Shown piece by piece: positions 27,240 to 37,571 of a stretch of 51,509 nt of DNA. The notes under the pieces are model-generated. The model worked only from the letters and a program-made list of their open reading frames with translations. It was not told the DNA's origin and did not search any database. The position numbers and the translations under genes were made by a program. Within the stretch, counting starts at the first letter, position 1. Every line of letters begins with the position of its first letter. Source of the stretch: an uncultured Rikenellaceae bacterium (GTDB lineage: Bacteria > Bacteroidota > Bacteroidia > Bacteroidales > VadinHA17); NCBI GenBank assembly GCA_964607105.1, contig CAZSJH010000001.1, positions 1-51,509 on the forward strand, written 5' to 3'.

Positions 27240-27560
27240 TCAATCAATAAGAGCATCAACCTTGGAGACAAAATTCGTTTTCGGAACGGCACCAACCTGC
27301 TTGTCAGCAACTTCCCCGTTTTTAAAGAACATGACAGTTGGAATATTGCGGATCCCGAATTTAGTTGCTACTCCCGGACTGTCATCCACATCACATTTAA
27401 CAACAAGTACCCTGCCTTCATATTCTTTTGATATTTCTTCAACAAAAGGAGCAATCATTCTGCATGGTCCGCACCATTCAGCCCAAAAGTCAACCATAAC
27501 GGGTTTATCTGATTGGAGTACAACTTCTTCGAAATTGGAATCATTAACCTGTAAAGCCAT
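27240..27560 (-). CDS. trxA: thioredoxin
   Basis: 106 aa, [14 protein letters not shown] active site. Confidence 0.95.
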   Translation of the reverse strand: MALQVNDSNFEEVVLQSDKPVMVDFWAEWCGPCRMIAPFVEEISKEYEGRVLVVKCDVDDSPGVATKFGIRNIPTVMFFKNGEVADKQVGAVPKTNFVSKVDALID

Positions 27561-27599
27561 TTTATTTTATGTTTTGTAACGATATTATTTTTGCGCAGG

Positions 27600-27607
27600 C
27601 AAATATA
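27600..27607 (-). promoter_or_regulatory. -7 box (TATATTTG on - strand) for trxA
   Basis: The + strand reads caaatata, 40 nt upstream of ATG 27560, abutting the dnaE stop. Confidence 0.4.
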
Positions 27608-27608
27608 A

Positions 27609-30600
27609 TTAATTTACTTTAAATTCAAGTCCGGGAACAGATTCTATAAAATCTATCATATCATTTTTGAGATTAACCTTGAAAGTACGTGAAAACAGGT
27701 TAATACTTATTTTTTCTACAGGATCGGCTACCAGGAATTTAAGTTCAGTATTACCTTTATGTCCGGTAAACAATCCTTTCAGCTTGTTTATTAGTTCCTG
27801 GTTTAGCCTGTCCACGGGGATAATGATTGTAAAAGACCTTATCAGCTCGTCTTTGACACTTGTCAGCAGGTGGATGTTCTGTATTTTTACTTCCAGCTCA
27901 TCTTCCCTGAACATTCTTTTTTGTACTTTACCTTTTACGAGGAGGAAATAACCAGGATTGCAGAATTTACTATTATTAACATAATCTTTATCAAAGAGCA
28001 TGAACCTGTAAGAATCAGTATAATCCTGTAAGATAAATGATCCAAATGGCTTACCGTTTTTGCTGGTACCGCTCCTGGCTTCGGTAACCATTCCTGCTAT
28101 TATTACTTCTTTGTTAATTAAATCCTTGAGGTTATTAAGGTCATTGATTTTCATATTACAGAAAGTCTTCATTTCCAGCCTGTAATCATCCAGAGGGTGA
28201 GCTGAGAGAAAAATTCCCACAACTTCTTTTTCTCTGGTCAGTTTTTCAAGTTTAGGCCATTCAGGTGTTTCTGGGGGACTGGGTTTAACAACTTCAAAAC
28301 CATCATCATCTCCAAATAGTGATTGCTGGGGTGTGCTGGTTTCATTTCTGAGCATATTCCCATATCGTATAAGACTTTCAATAAAAACCTGCCCTTTATT
28401 ATCTTCAGCAAAATACTGTGCCCTGTTAAGTTCTTTGAAGCAGTCTAAAGATCCTGCCAGGGCCATTGCTTCAATGCTTTTTTTATTAAGGTTGTTCAGG
28501 TTCACCCTTTCTATGAAGTCATAAATTGAAGAGAAAAGGCCATTATTTTCCCTTTCCTCAATAAGACCAATGACGGCACTGGCACCCACACCTTTTATTG
28601 CTCCCAGCCCAAACCTTATATTACCCTCCTTATTAACAGTGAAATTTACATTACTTTCATTTACATCAGGTCCCAGCACTTCAATACCCATTCGCCTGGC
28701 CTCGTCCATGAAGGTGGTCAGTTTCTTTATATCATTTATGTTCCGGCTCAGCACTGCAGCCATGAATTCTGCAGGGTAATGAGCTTTCAGGTAGGCTGTC
28801 TGGTACGATAGGTAGGCATAACATGTCGAATGTGATTTATTAAATGCATACTGGGCGAATGCTTCCCAGTCAGTCCATATTCTTTCAATGATTCTTTCTT
28901 TATAGCCCCTGGTCCTGCATCCTTCGAAGAACTTGACCTTGAGGGCTTCCATCAGCTCTTTCTTTTTCTTGCCCATGGCTTTACGCAGTGAGTCAGCCTC
29001 TCCTTTTGAGAATCCTGCCAGTTCCTGTGAAAGCAGCATCACCTGTTCCTGATAAACAGTAATACCGTATGTATCTTTAAGGTGCGTTTCCATCTCAGGC
29101 AGCAGGTAGTCTATCTTTTCCACTCCATGCTTCCGCCTGATGTATTTAGGAATATATTCCATGGGGCCCGGCCGGTAGAGGGCATTCATTGCTATGAGGT
29201 CTTCAAAGCGGTTGGGCTTTAGTTCGCGAAGATGCTTCTTCATACCATCTGACTCGAACTGGAATAGTCCTGTTGTTTCACCGTTGGAATATAGTTCAAA
29301 TGTTTTTGAATCATCCAGGGGGACAAGGCTTATGTCAATTTCTATCCCTCTTGAGTCTTTTATATTGTTAATGGCATCCCTGATTATTGAAAGTGTTTTG
29401 AGACCCAGGAAGTCCATTTTAAGCAGGCCTACCGATTCAACATGATTACCATCGTACTGGGTTACATAAAGGTCAGTATCTTTAGCTGTACTGATGGGAA
29501 TATGTTCGTACAATGGGTCCCGGCCAATGATCACTCCGCAGGCGTGGATTCCTGTGTGCCTCACCGATCCTTCCAGGGCTTCCGCATACTTCAGTGTACT
29601 AGAAATAAGCTCATTGTCAGATTCTTTTTCTCTTTTAAGTTCAGGAACTTCCTCATAGGCCTTCTGGAATGTAACGCCGGGTCTTTCCGGGACCAGTTTG
29701 GCCAACCTGTCGGCATCAGAGAGCTGGAGGTTCTGCACCCTGGCAACATCTCTTATTGCCATCTTGGTTGCCATGGTGCCGAAAGTAATAATATGGGCTA
29801 CCCTGTCGTGTCCATACTTTTCAACCACATACCGGAGCACCTGGTCCCTGCCATCCTCGTCAAAATCAATATCTATATCAGGCATTGATATACGGTCGGG
29901 GTTAAGAAAGCGCTCAAAAAGCAACTTATATTTAATGGGGTCTATATCCGTTATTCTCAGAGCATAGGCCACTGCGGAACCGGCTACGGAACCCCTGCCA
30001 GGGCCAACTGAGACCCCCATTTCCCTTGCAGCCCTCAGGAAATCCTGTACAATAAGAAAATAGCCGGGGTACCCCATCTTTTTTATGGTATCGAGCTCGA
30101 AGTCGAGCCTTTCTTTTAACTCATCGCTTATATCTACCCATCTTTCACCGGCACCCTCGAAAGTGAGGTGCCTGAGATAATCATCTTTGCTCACGAACTC
30201 ATCAGGGATGGGAAATTCAGGCATTATGGGCTCATGATTAAGCTCATAATCTTCAACCTTATTGGCTATCTCCATTGTATTATCAACAGCTTCAAGGCAG
30301 TCAGGGAATAGTTCCCTCATTTCCTCTTCAGTTTTGAAATATTCCTGCTTGGTATACCTTAGCCTGTCTGGGTCATTAAGCTCTTTACCGGTATTAAGGC
30401 AAATAAGGCGGTCATGTGCTTCCGCATCTTCTGCTTTCAGGAAGTGGACATCATTGGAAGCAACTATTTTTATACCCGTTTTTTCTGATAACACCCTGTA
30501 TGCTTTAATAACCTCATTCTGCCTTGCCAGGGTATCATTGTCATATAGGGGATCACCCGTTTTATGCCTCTGTATCTCAAGGTAAAGATCATCACCAAAA

Positions 30601-31094
30601 ATGTCCCTGTATTCCCTGGCAACTTTTTCTGCTCTATCCAGATCATTATTAAGTATGGCTGTTGGTATTTCACCCGCGATACATGCTGAAGTGGCTATAA
30701 GCCCTTCATTATAGTCCTTCAGAAGATCTTTGTCAATCCTTGGTTTATAATAAAAACCCTCGGTCCACGAGAGTGATACAAGCTTAACAAGGTTCCTGTA
30801 GCCGGTATAATCTTTGGCCAGCAATATAAGATGGTCACCGGACCTGTCATCCTTAGTTGTATTTTCCGACATTCCCCTCCTGGCCACATATGCCTCAACA
30901 CCTATGATAGGCTTAATGCCCTTTTCCTTTGCAGCATTATGAAATTCTTTCGCACCAAACATATTGCCGTGATCGGTAATTGCTACAGCCTTCATACCCA
31001 GATTGGCAGCTATATCCATGAGCTCACTTATTTTTGATGCACCATCAAGTATTGAATATTGAGTGTGAAGATGTATGTGCACGAAATTACTCAT
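27609..31094 (-). CDS. dnaE: DNA polymerase III alpha subunit
   Basis: The track ORF starts at TTG 31133; the conserved PHP-domain start is ATG 31094 (MSNFVHIHLHTQYSILDG). Full-length DnaE body with OB fold near the C-terminus. Confidence 0.97.
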   Translation of the reverse strand: MSNFVHIHLHTQYSILDGASKISELMDIAANLGMKAVAITDHGNMFGAKEFHNAAKEKGIKPIIGVEAYVARRGMSENTTKDDRSGDHLILLAKDYTGYRNLVKLVSLSWTEGFYYKPRIDKDLLKDYNEGLIATSACIAGEIPTAILNNDLDRAEKVAREYRDIFGDDLYLEIQRHKTGDPLYDNDTLARQNEVIKAYRVLSEKTGIKIVASNDVHFLKAEDAEAHDRLICLNTGKELNDPDRLRYTKQEYFKTEEEMRELFPDCLEAVDNTMEIANKVEDYELNHEPIMPEFPIPDEFVSKDDYLRHLTFEGAGERWVDISDELKERLDFELDTIKKMGYPGYFLIVQDFLRAAREMGVSVGPGRGSVAGSAVAYALRITDIDPIKYKLLFERFLNPDRISMPDIDIDFDEDGRDQVLRYVVEKYGHDRVAHIITFGTMATKMAIRDVARVQNLQLSDADRLAKLVPERPGVTFQKAYEEVPELKREKESDNELISSTLKYAEALEGSVRHTGIHACGVIIGRDPLYEHIPISTAKDTDLYVTQYDGNHVESVGLLKMDFLGLKTLSIIRDAINNIKDSRGIEIDISLVPLDDSKTFELYSNGETTGLFQFESDGMKKHLRELKPNRFEDLIAMNALYRPGPMEYIPKYIRRKHGVEKIDYLLPEMETHLKDTYGITVYQEQVMLLSQELAGFSKGEADSLRKAMGKKKKELMEALKVKFFEGCRTRGYKERIIERIWTDWEAFAQYAFNKSHSTCYAYLSYQTAYLKAHYPAEFMAAVLSRNINDIKKLTTFMDEARRMGIEVLGPDVNESNVNFTVNKEGNIRFGLGAIKGVGASAVIGLIEERENNGLFSSIYDFIERVNLNNLNKKSIEAMALAGSLDCFKELNRAQYFAEDNKGQVFIESLIRYGNMLRNETSTPQQSLFGDDDGFEVVKPSPPETPEWPKLEKLTREKEVVGIFLSAHPLDDYRLEMKTFCNMKINDLNNLKDLINKEVIIAGMVTEARSGTSKNGKPFGSFILQDYTDSYRFMLFDKDYVNNSKFCNPGYFLLVKGKVQKRMFREDELEVKIQNIHLLTSVKDELIRSFTIIIPVDRLNQELINKLKGLFTGHKGNTELKFLVADPVEKISINLFSRTFKVNLKNDMIDFIESVPGLEFKVN

Positions 31095-31146
31095 AATAAG
31101 ACGATTGCGATTTAGATATAAAATAATCCGCAAGGGATAGGGTTTA

Positions 31147-31154
31147 CAAAAGTA
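31147..31154 (-). promoter_or_regulatory. -7 box (TACTTTTG on - strand) for dnaE
   Basis: The + strand reads caaaagta, 53 nt upstream of ATG 31094. Confidence 0.4.
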
Positions 31155-31216
31155 ACCAAAAATCTCTTTCCAGTAGAGTTTAAAGGGCTTGAGTAATTAA
31201 CAAATTATACCAGGTG

Positions 31217-31234
31217 AATATCCAACAGGATATT
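31217..31234. promoter_or_regulatory. 7-bp inverted repeat aatatcc-aaca-ggatatt upstream of the SusC-like gene
   Basis: Perfect 7+7 palindrome with 4-nt spacer, about 135 nt upstream of ATG 31368. Possible operator; no regulator gene is adjacent. Confidence 0.2.
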
Positions 31235-31367
31235 AATACACAGACAATGTAAATTTTTATTAAATTTGTTAGCACATGCAATTTTTTTGTATCTTGCGCG
31301 TCTTTTAAAAAGTATTGGACAGATTTATACTCATTATTATTTAATTACCTAAACTAAAAATTCTAAT

Positions 31368-34300
31368 ATGAGAAAATTAGTATTAATGCTGTTTTTCTTT
31401 TGTGGCCTGGGTATTATGACCTTCGCTCAGGAGAAGACAGTTACAGGAACTATCACTGCAGCTGAAGATGGTATTACCATTGTTGGAGCTACGGTGAATA
31501 TCAAGGGAACGACTACGGGTGTTACATCCGATCTCGACGGTAATTTTTCAATTACTGCCATTGAGGGAGATATCCTTGTATTCCGTTTTGTCGGAATGAA
31601 AACCCAGGAGATGATAGTTGGTTCAGACAATGTATATGATGTTGTCCTGGAAATCGACAATATAGGTCTTGATGAAGTCATTGTTACCGGTTATGGTTCA
31701 TCTATCAAGAGAGAGCTTAGTGGATCTATTACTAAAGTTCAGACTAGGGGCCTTGCAGACGTGCCTACTGCTAGCTTTGAATCAGCTATTCAGGGTAGAA
31801 CAGCGGGTGTTTTCATTGAACAGGCAAGTGGTAAACTGGGCGAGATCGTGAAAATGAGAATCAGGGGTTCATCATCCATTTCGGCCGATAACCAGCCATT
31901 ATATGTTATAGATGGTGTGCCCGTAACTTCGGTTAACCTTAGTAACTCCGGCAACCAGCCAACCAATCCCCTGGCTGATATCAATATGGCTGATGTTGAG
32001 TCCATCCAGATACTCAAGGATGCATCTGCAGCTGCTATTTACGGGTCCAGGGCATCAAACGGTGTTGTGGTTATTACTACTAAAAACGGCCAGGCCGGCG
32101 ACACCAGGTTTAATGTTTCATATACCACTGGTATCAGTGAGCCCAGCAGGCTTCGCGAATGGCTTAATGCCGACCAGTACCTGGAGCTTTTTAATGAATC
32201 AATGGATAATGTATCCGTAGGTGGACTGGTTTGGGACTGGCTGCCTAAAGAAGATATCTGGGAAATCTACGTGAGCGATGAATGGGACCAGGGCTGGGAC
32301 TCCGACTGGCAGAGTGAAGCTTTCCAGAAAGGTTCTATCAACAGGGTCAACCTGAGTGCCAGCGGAGGTTCAGAGAGCGGAAGCTTTTATGCTGGTATGA
32401 GCTATGATAATACAGTTGGGATACTCAGGGGTAATAGTATGAATAAATTTAACGGAAGGGTGAGCCTTGATCAGAAATCAGGAGACAAGTTAACCTATGG
32501 TATTAACCTGAGCATTATGAGAACTGAAATGGACAGGGTGGAAAATGATAATGCATTCGCTACACCCCTCCAGCTTGTGGCACAGGCTCCCGTAACTCCA
32601 GTTTATGATCCTGACACAGGTGAACTGAACAAGGAAACAGTCTATTATAACGGACTGATATCAATACGTGATTCATACAATAACCAGATATCTTTCAGAA
32701 CACTGGGTAATGTATTTGGTACCTATGAAATAATTAAGGGTCTTACCTTCAGAACAGATTTCGGTACTGATATTATTGATATGAGGGAAAAGAGTTTCTG
32801 GGGACGCGAAACCATTGGTGCCGGACCCGCAGGTGAAGCAGAAAACAGGTCTGTGAGAGTTGTAAACTATAACTGGGACAACTACCTGACTTATATAATG
32901 GTGAGAAATGCCCATGATATTAATATTGTTGGAGGTATGTCATATCAGGAGTCAATGACCACAGGTTCAGACATAATAGGCAAAGGATTTCCGACTGATG
33001 ACTTCCAGAACATAGCAAGTGCAGCTGAAGCTACAACTTTCGACAGCTGGGAGGAAGGGACCACCTACCTTTCATATTTCGGAAGGGCAAATTACATGTA
33101 TAATAACAGGTACCTGCTTACTTTAAGCGGACGTGTTGACGGATCGTCAAGGTTTGGTATTGATAACAGGTATGGTTTCTTCCCTGCAGGTTCTGTCGGA
33201 TGGATAATATCTGAGGAGAGTTTTATGGATGGGATAGAAAATGTACTGAGCTATTTTAAACTGAGAACAAGCTATGGACTGACAGGTAACTCAGGTATTC
33301 CTGATTATGCTCACCTTGCACTCTACGATGGTGTTAATTATGCCGGACGTAACGGCCTTCAGGCTACACAGCTGGCCTTTAATGAACTGGGCTGGGAAAC
33401 AACTGCACAATTTGATATTGGTATCGATTTCGGCTTTTTTGCTAACAGGATTACCGGTGAAATAGATTATTACAATAAGCAAACTACCGACCTCCTGCTT
33501 TACAAAACACTGCCTTCTACATCAGGTTTTACAGGAGTGTGGAGTAATGTTGGTGAACTGGAGAATAAAGGTGTTGAATTTGCATTGCATTCAAATAACC
33601 TTACCGGAACATTCAGGTGGGAAACGGATTTCAATATAGCATTCAACAGAAATAAGGTACTAAGCGTTGATGGACCTGAGATCACTCCAAACGGACTAAA
33701 CTACGTAATGGAACAGCAGCCTATAGGTGTCTGGAAAATGCGTAAGTATGCAGGTGTTGATCCTGCTAACGGTGATGCTCTGTATTATGTTGAGGAAGGA
33801 AGTGATGAAACAACAAATAACTACAACCTCGCAAATCCAATGGTTGTAGGATCACCAAATCCGGATTTTACCGGTGGCCTCTCAAACCACTTTGAATATC
33901 AGGGATTTGACCTTGATATTCTTCTCAGTTTTGTATATGGGAATAAAATCTATAACGGCGGCGGAATGTACCAGTCGGCTAATGGAGATTGGTTTGATAA
34001 TCAAACTGTTGACCAGATGGATAGGTGGCAACAACCGGGTGATGAAACCGATATTCCACAGGCACGACTGGGAATGGGTAACGGTACACGTGATTCAGAC
34101 CGTTATCTTACAGATGGTTCCTACCTGAGATTCAGGAATGTTACCCTGGGTTACAACCTGCCCAAAAATGTTCTTAACCGCATTAAGATGCAAAGTGCCA
34201 GGATATGGATTGGCGTACAGAACCTGTATACACTCACAAACTATAAGGGTTGGGATCCAGAGGTAAACTGGGTAGGTACCAACCGGACAACACAGACACA

Positions 34301-34379
34301 GAACATCATACAGGGATATGATTTCTATACTGCACCGCAGGCAAGAACTTATTCTGTTGGTATAAACCTTACTTTCTAA
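31368..34379 (+). CDS. SusC/RagA family TonB-linked outer membrane protein
   Basis: 1003 aa. Signal peptide, carboxypeptidase-regulatory-like N-domain (TVTGTITAAEDGITIVGATVNIKGT), TonB-box-like DEVIVTGYG, plug, C-terminal ...YSVGINLTF. Confidence 0.95.
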   Translation: MRKLVLMLFFFCGLGIMTFAQEKTVTGTITAAEDGITIVGATVNIKGTTTGVTSDLDGNFSITAIEGDILVFRFVGMKTQEMIVGSDNVYDVVLEIDNIGLDEVIVTGYGSSIKRELSGSITKVQTRGLADVPTASFESAIQGRTAGVFIEQASGKLGEIVKMRIRGSSSISADNQPLYVIDGVPVTSVNLSNSGNQPTNPLADINMADVESIQILKDASAAAIYGSRASNGVVVITTKNGQAGDTRFNVSYTTGISEPSRLREWLNADQYLELFNESMDNVSVGGLVWDWLPKEDIWEIYVSDEWDQGWDSDWQSEAFQKGSINRVNLSASGGSESGSFYAGMSYDNTVGILRGNSMNKFNGRVSLDQKSGDKLTYGINLSIMRTEMDRVENDNAFATPLQLVAQAPVTPVYDPDTGELNKETVYYNGLISIRDSYNNQISFRTLGNVFGTYEIIKGLTFRTDFGTDIIDMREKSFWGRETIGAGPAGEAENRSVRVVNYNWDNYLTYIMVRNAHDINIVGGMSYQESMTTGSDIIGKGFPTDDFQNIASAAEATTFDSWEEGTTYLSYFGRANYMYNNRYLLTLSGRVDGSSRFGIDNRYGFFPAGSVGWIISEESFMDGIENVLSYFKLRTSYGLTGNSGIPDYAHLALYDGVNYAGRNGLQATQLAFNELGWETTAQFDIGIDFGFFANRITGEIDYYNKQTTDLLLYKTLPSTSGFTGVWSNVGELENKGVEFALHSNNLTGTFRWETDFNIAFNRNKVLSVDGPEITPNGLNYVMEQQPIGVWKMRKYAGVDPANGDALYYVEEGSDETTNNYNLANPMVVGSPNPDFTGGLSNHFEYQGFDLDILLSFVYGNKIYNGGGMYQSANGDWFDNQTVDQMDRWQQPGDETDIPQARLGMGNGTRDSDRYLTDGSYLRFRNVTLGYNLPKNVLNRIKMQSARIWIGVQNLYTLTNYKGWDPEVNWVGTNRTTQTQNIIQGYDFYTAPQARTYSVGINLTF

Positions 34380-34391
34380 AAATAGCAAACT

Positions 34392-35849
34392 ATGAATATC
34401 ATGAAAAATAAAATATTTGACAGACTATTATGGTTGCTTATAATACCGGTTATGATCTTCAGTTCATCATGCGATGATAAACTGGATCTTAAACCCAAGC
34501 AATCAATTGATGCCAGTGTCGCTCTTACCACTCCTGAAAATATCCAGGCAACACTGGTGGGAGCATACCTGCAGGCGCGAGATGCTGATATTTTCGGAAG
34601 TACTTTTAATGAATACAGCGAATTGCTGGCAGCTACCGTTGATATGAGATTCCTCGGTACATATGAACAGCCTCGTGAGATAATAAACAAGGAAATTGCT
34701 GTTACTAATTCATATATCAGAGATACATGGATCGAAGCATATAACCTGATAAATATATGTAATGTGCTTATCGATCCTGAAACACTCGCAGTGCTGGATG
34801 CCGATGATGCACAGAGAATAGAAGGTGAAGCTAAATTCTTAAGAGGATGGGTTCTTTTCGATATGACCAGGCTCTTTGGTTTGCCTTATGAACCCGGGCA
34901 GGCTAACAGCCAGCTGGGTGTTCCTATTCTAACCACTCCTACAAAAGACGTAAGCGATGCAATTGAGGTGGCAAGGAATACGGTGGGAGATTGTTATGCA
35001 CAGGCCCTGGATGACTTAACTGATGCAAAGACTCTCTTACCTGAATTCAATGATGTGTATGCAAACACTTATGCTGCCAGTGCCGTGCTTGCAAGAATAT
35101 ACCTGCAGATGAGTGATTTTACCAATGCTGCAACTGAAGCAAACAGGGTTATTGAATCAGGATATTATTCACTGGTTTCTACTCCACTGGCTGAATTTAA
35201 TAATAATGTTGCAACAAGTGAAGATATCTTCGTCCTGCAGAATAACGTGGCCAGTAATACTTCGTGGCTGACTGTTATGTACGCTTCACTGAACGGTATG
35301 GGAAGAGGCGATTATGACATACAGCCTGGTTTTCTTGCAACTTTTGATGCGGCCGATCTCAGAGGTATGTACCAGGGAGAAGCAGAGATGGAAGACATTT
35401 ATACTATCGCTGATATCAATAAGATGTATTACTATGGTGTTGGTACTATCCTGAATAATGGTGGTATAAATACGGCAAAGTGGGGGGATTACTTTGCAAA
35501 TATCACGCTTATCAGACTGGCAGAAATGTACCTTGTAAGAGCCGAAGCTAATTTTGAGTCAACAGGTCCTCAAATAGGTCCAAATACTCCTATCCAGGAT
35601 ATTAATATTATCAGGGACAGAGCTCTGGCTCCTGTTCTTATCGGCACACTGACACAGGATCAGATACGCCAGGAGAGATACTGGGAACTTTGCTGGGAAG
35701 GACACAGGCTGCACGATCTTAAAAGATGGCAGGTCGACATAGACGATGGTCTTCCATATGATGCAGGTAACCTGATACTCCCTATTCCATTCAGGGAAAT
35801 AGAAGCAAACGACCTGCTTGTTCAGAATACATGGTATGTGACCAAATAG
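34392..35849 (+). CDS. SusD/RagB family nutrient-binding outer membrane lipoprotein
   Basis: 485 aa. Lipoprotein signal ending FSSSC, RAEAN and ERYWELCWEGHRLHDLKRW motifs typical of SusD-like proteins. 12 nt after the SusC-like gene. Confidence 0.9.
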   Translation: MNIMKNKIFDRLLWLLIIPVMIFSSSCDDKLDLKPKQSIDASVALTTPENIQATLVGAYLQARDADIFGSTFNEYSELLAATVDMRFLGTYEQPREIINKEIAVTNSYIRDTWIEAYNLINICNVLIDPETLAVLDADDAQRIEGEAKFLRGWVLFDMTRLFGLPYEPGQANSQLGVPILTTPTKDVSDAIEVARNTVGDCYAQALDDLTDAKTLLPEFNDVYANTYAASAVLARIYLQMSDFTNAATEANRVIESGYYSLVSTPLAEFNNNVATSEDIFVLQNNVASNTSWLTVMYASLNGMGRGDYDIQPGFLATFDAADLRGMYQGEAEMEDIYTIADINKMYYYGVGTILNNGGINTAKWGDYFANITLIRLAEMYLVRAEANFESTGPQIGPNTPIQDINIIRDRALAPVLIGTLTQDQIRQERYWELCWEGHRLHDLKRWQVDIDDGLPYDAGNLILPIPFREIEANDLLVQNTWYVTK

Positions 35850-35890
35850 GACGGACAAAATATCATCAAAATAAACAGATGCTAAAAATT

Positions 35891-35922
35891 GAGGCTCTCT
35901 TCCCGGGAGCCTCTTTTTTTTT
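35891..35922 (+). terminator. rho-independent terminator after the SusD-like gene
   Basis: Stem gaggctc (35891..35897) / gagcctc (35907..35913) followed by a run of 9 T (35914..35922). Confidence 0.7.
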
Positions 35923-35991
35923 ACATTAATCCATCATCCAAATTGACATCAATTAGTTAACTATTTTATTGGCAGTTAATTTTTATAATCA

Positions 35992-35999
35992 TATCTTTG
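35992..35999 (+). promoter_or_regulatory. -7 box TATCTTTG for rpsP-rimM
   Basis: Perfect TAnnTTTG 42 nt before ATG 36041. Confidence 0.45.
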
Positions 36000-36040
36000 C
36001 AGCCACAAATTTTATAAGTAAGAATATTAACGCGTATTAA

Positions 36041-36937
36041 ATGGCAGTAAAAATCAGATTAGCTAGGAAGGGCCGCAAGAGAAAGGCCTTCTACCACATT
36101 GTGGTAGCAGATAGCAGAGCGCCACGGGATGGCCGATTTATTGAAAAACTCGGGGTATACAATCCCATTACAGATCCGGCTACTATCGAAATAGATTTCG
36201 AGAAAGCACTGGACTGGCTGCAAAAAGGCGCACAACCTACAGATACATGCAGGGCTATCTTATCATATAAAGGAGTGATGCTGAAGAAACACCTTTTGGA
36301 AGGAGTGAGAAAAGGAGCTTTTGATGAAGCTGAAGCCGAAAGAAGATTCCAGATATGGCTGAAAGAAAAAGAACAGAAAATTGAGGCCAAAATAACAGGA
36401 ATAGTAAAGGACAGGGAAGACGATAAGATAAAAAGAATTGAAGCTGAAAAGCAAATTAATGAGGAAAGAGCTAAAGCCCTGGCAAAAAAACGGGAAGAAA
36501 TGGCTGCTGCTGAAGCATCAACCGGTGACGAGGGAATAAAAACCGAGCCGCAAGAAGAAAAAGTAGAAGAAGAAGCTCCCGCCTCCGCTGCATCATCCGA
36601 TGAAGCTACGGCAGAAAAGAAGGCTGAGGCTGAGGAGAAGAAAGAAGAAAAAGTAGAAGAAGAAGCTCCCGCCTCCGCTGCATCATCCGATGAAGCTACG
36701 GCAGAAAAGAAGGCTGAGGCTGAGGAGAAGAAAGAGGAAAAAGTAGAAGAAGAAGCTCCCGCCTCCGCTGCATCATCCGATGAAGCTATGGCAGAAAAGA
36801 AGGTTGAGGCTGAGGAGAAGAAAGAGGAAAAAATAGAAGAAAAGGCTCCCGCCTCCGCTGAAGCTGCGGATACCAAGGAAGCTAAGGCGGACAAGAAGGC
36901 TGAGGAAAAGAAAGAAGAAAAAGCCAGGGAGGAATAA
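36041..36937 (+). CDS. rpsP: 30S ribosomal protein S16 with a long repetitive acidic/lysine-rich C-terminal extension
   Basis: The N-terminal ~85 aa are canonical S16 ([42 protein letters not shown]). The remaining ~210 aa are low-complexity E/K/A with 30-aa tandem repeats. Confidence 0.9.
   Translation: MAVKIRLARKGRKRKAFYHIVVADSRAPRDGRFIEKLGVYNPITDPATIEIDFEKALDWLQKGAQPTDTCRAILSYKGVMLKKHLLEGVRKGAFDEAEAERRFQIWLKEKEQKIEAKITGIVKDREDDKIKRIEAEKQINEERAKALAKKREEMAAAEASTGDEGIKTEPQEEKVEEEAPASAASSDEATAEKKAEAEEKKEEKVEEEAPASAASSDEATAEKKAEAEEKKEEKVEEEAPASAASSDEAMAEKKVEAEEKKEEKIEEKAPASAEAADTKEAKADKKAEEKKEEKAREE
36554..36860 (+). repeat. 90-bp in-frame tandem repeat, about 3.4 copies, inside rpsP
   Basis: Copies 36554..36643 and 36644..36733 are identical. 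Copy 36734..36823 differs at 3 positions. A fourth partial copy decays after ~36860. The encoded unit is [30 protein letters not shown]. Confidence 0.95.
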
Positions 36938-36958
36938 GAAAACTATTAGCGGGATGCT

Positions 36959-37489
36959 ATGCCCGTACAAGATAAAAAGTTGATATTACTCGGAAAGATC
37001 ATTAAGGTGCATGGTTATGGGGGAGCTGTAATGCTGCATCCTGAAGAGTATGTTCCTGAAGGACTCAAAGTAATGGAATGGGTTTTTATTGAAACAGAAG
37101 GGAAGCCTGTTCCTTTTTTTATTAGCTCAGTTACCGAGCATGCATCCGGAAATATAGTCCTTAAATTTGATAACTACGATAACAGCGAAACAATGACAGA
37201 ATTTATTGGCTGCAGGGTTTTGCTGAACCAGGAAGAATTGGAAGATGATGATGAGATGCCGGCTCACCTTATCCTCACAGGATTCAAAGTGTATAACCCA
37301 CTTAATAAATATATCGGGTCGGTGGAAAAAATATTGAGCCTGCCAATGCAATATATGCTTGTGCTCAGGGACAAAGAAGATGCCGAACAACTCATACCAC
37401 TGAACGTGGACTGGGTAATAGGGATAGATAAGGATAAAAAGACTATTATAATGGACCTGCCCGATGGAATAATGAATATCAATGACTAA
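36959..37489 (+). CDS. rimM: ribosome maturation factor RimM
   Basis: 176 aa, LLGKIIKVHGYGGAVML N-terminal barrel pattern. The position immediately after rpsP is the conserved rpsP-rimM arrangement. Confidence 0.85.
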   Translation: MPVQDKKLILLGKIIKVHGYGGAVMLHPEEYVPEGLKVMEWVFIETEGKPVPFFISSVTEHASGNIVLKFDNYDNSETMTEFIGCRVLLNQEELEDDDEMPAHLILTGFKVYNPLNKYIGSVEKILSLPMQYMLVLRDKEDAEQLIPLNVDWVIGIDKDKKTIIMDLPDGIMNIND

Positions 37490-37541
37490 TATTTCTCACT
37501 TCCTGCATCGATTATTATTTAGTTTCGTCTTTATTATGTCT

Positions 37542-37549
37542 TAGATTTG
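37542..37549 (+). promoter_or_regulatory. -7 box TAGATTTG for 37572..38255
   Basis: Perfect TAnnTTTG 23 nt before ATG 37572. Confidence 0.4.
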
Positions 37550-37571
37550 AAAACCTAATTAATAAATAATC

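Noticed and set aside
31095-31133. Upstream TTG-initiated extensions in the track (dnaE 31133, ribD 19834, mutL 50598, DUF1987 gene 3525)
   Set aside because: In each case a downstream ATG reproduces the conserved family N-terminus, and the extension adds non-conserved residues.
36554-36860. Regular 90-bp repeats considered as a possible CRISPR array
   Set aside because: The units are contiguous with no unique spacers, are in frame within a coding sequence, and no cas genes are present.
36091-36894. 267-aa ORF antisense to rpsP (A/S/F-rich)
   Set aside because: It is a shadow of the low-complexity GAA/GCT-rich repeat region. It lies entirely inside the S16 gene, has no independent start context, and its composition mirrors the sense-strand repeats.
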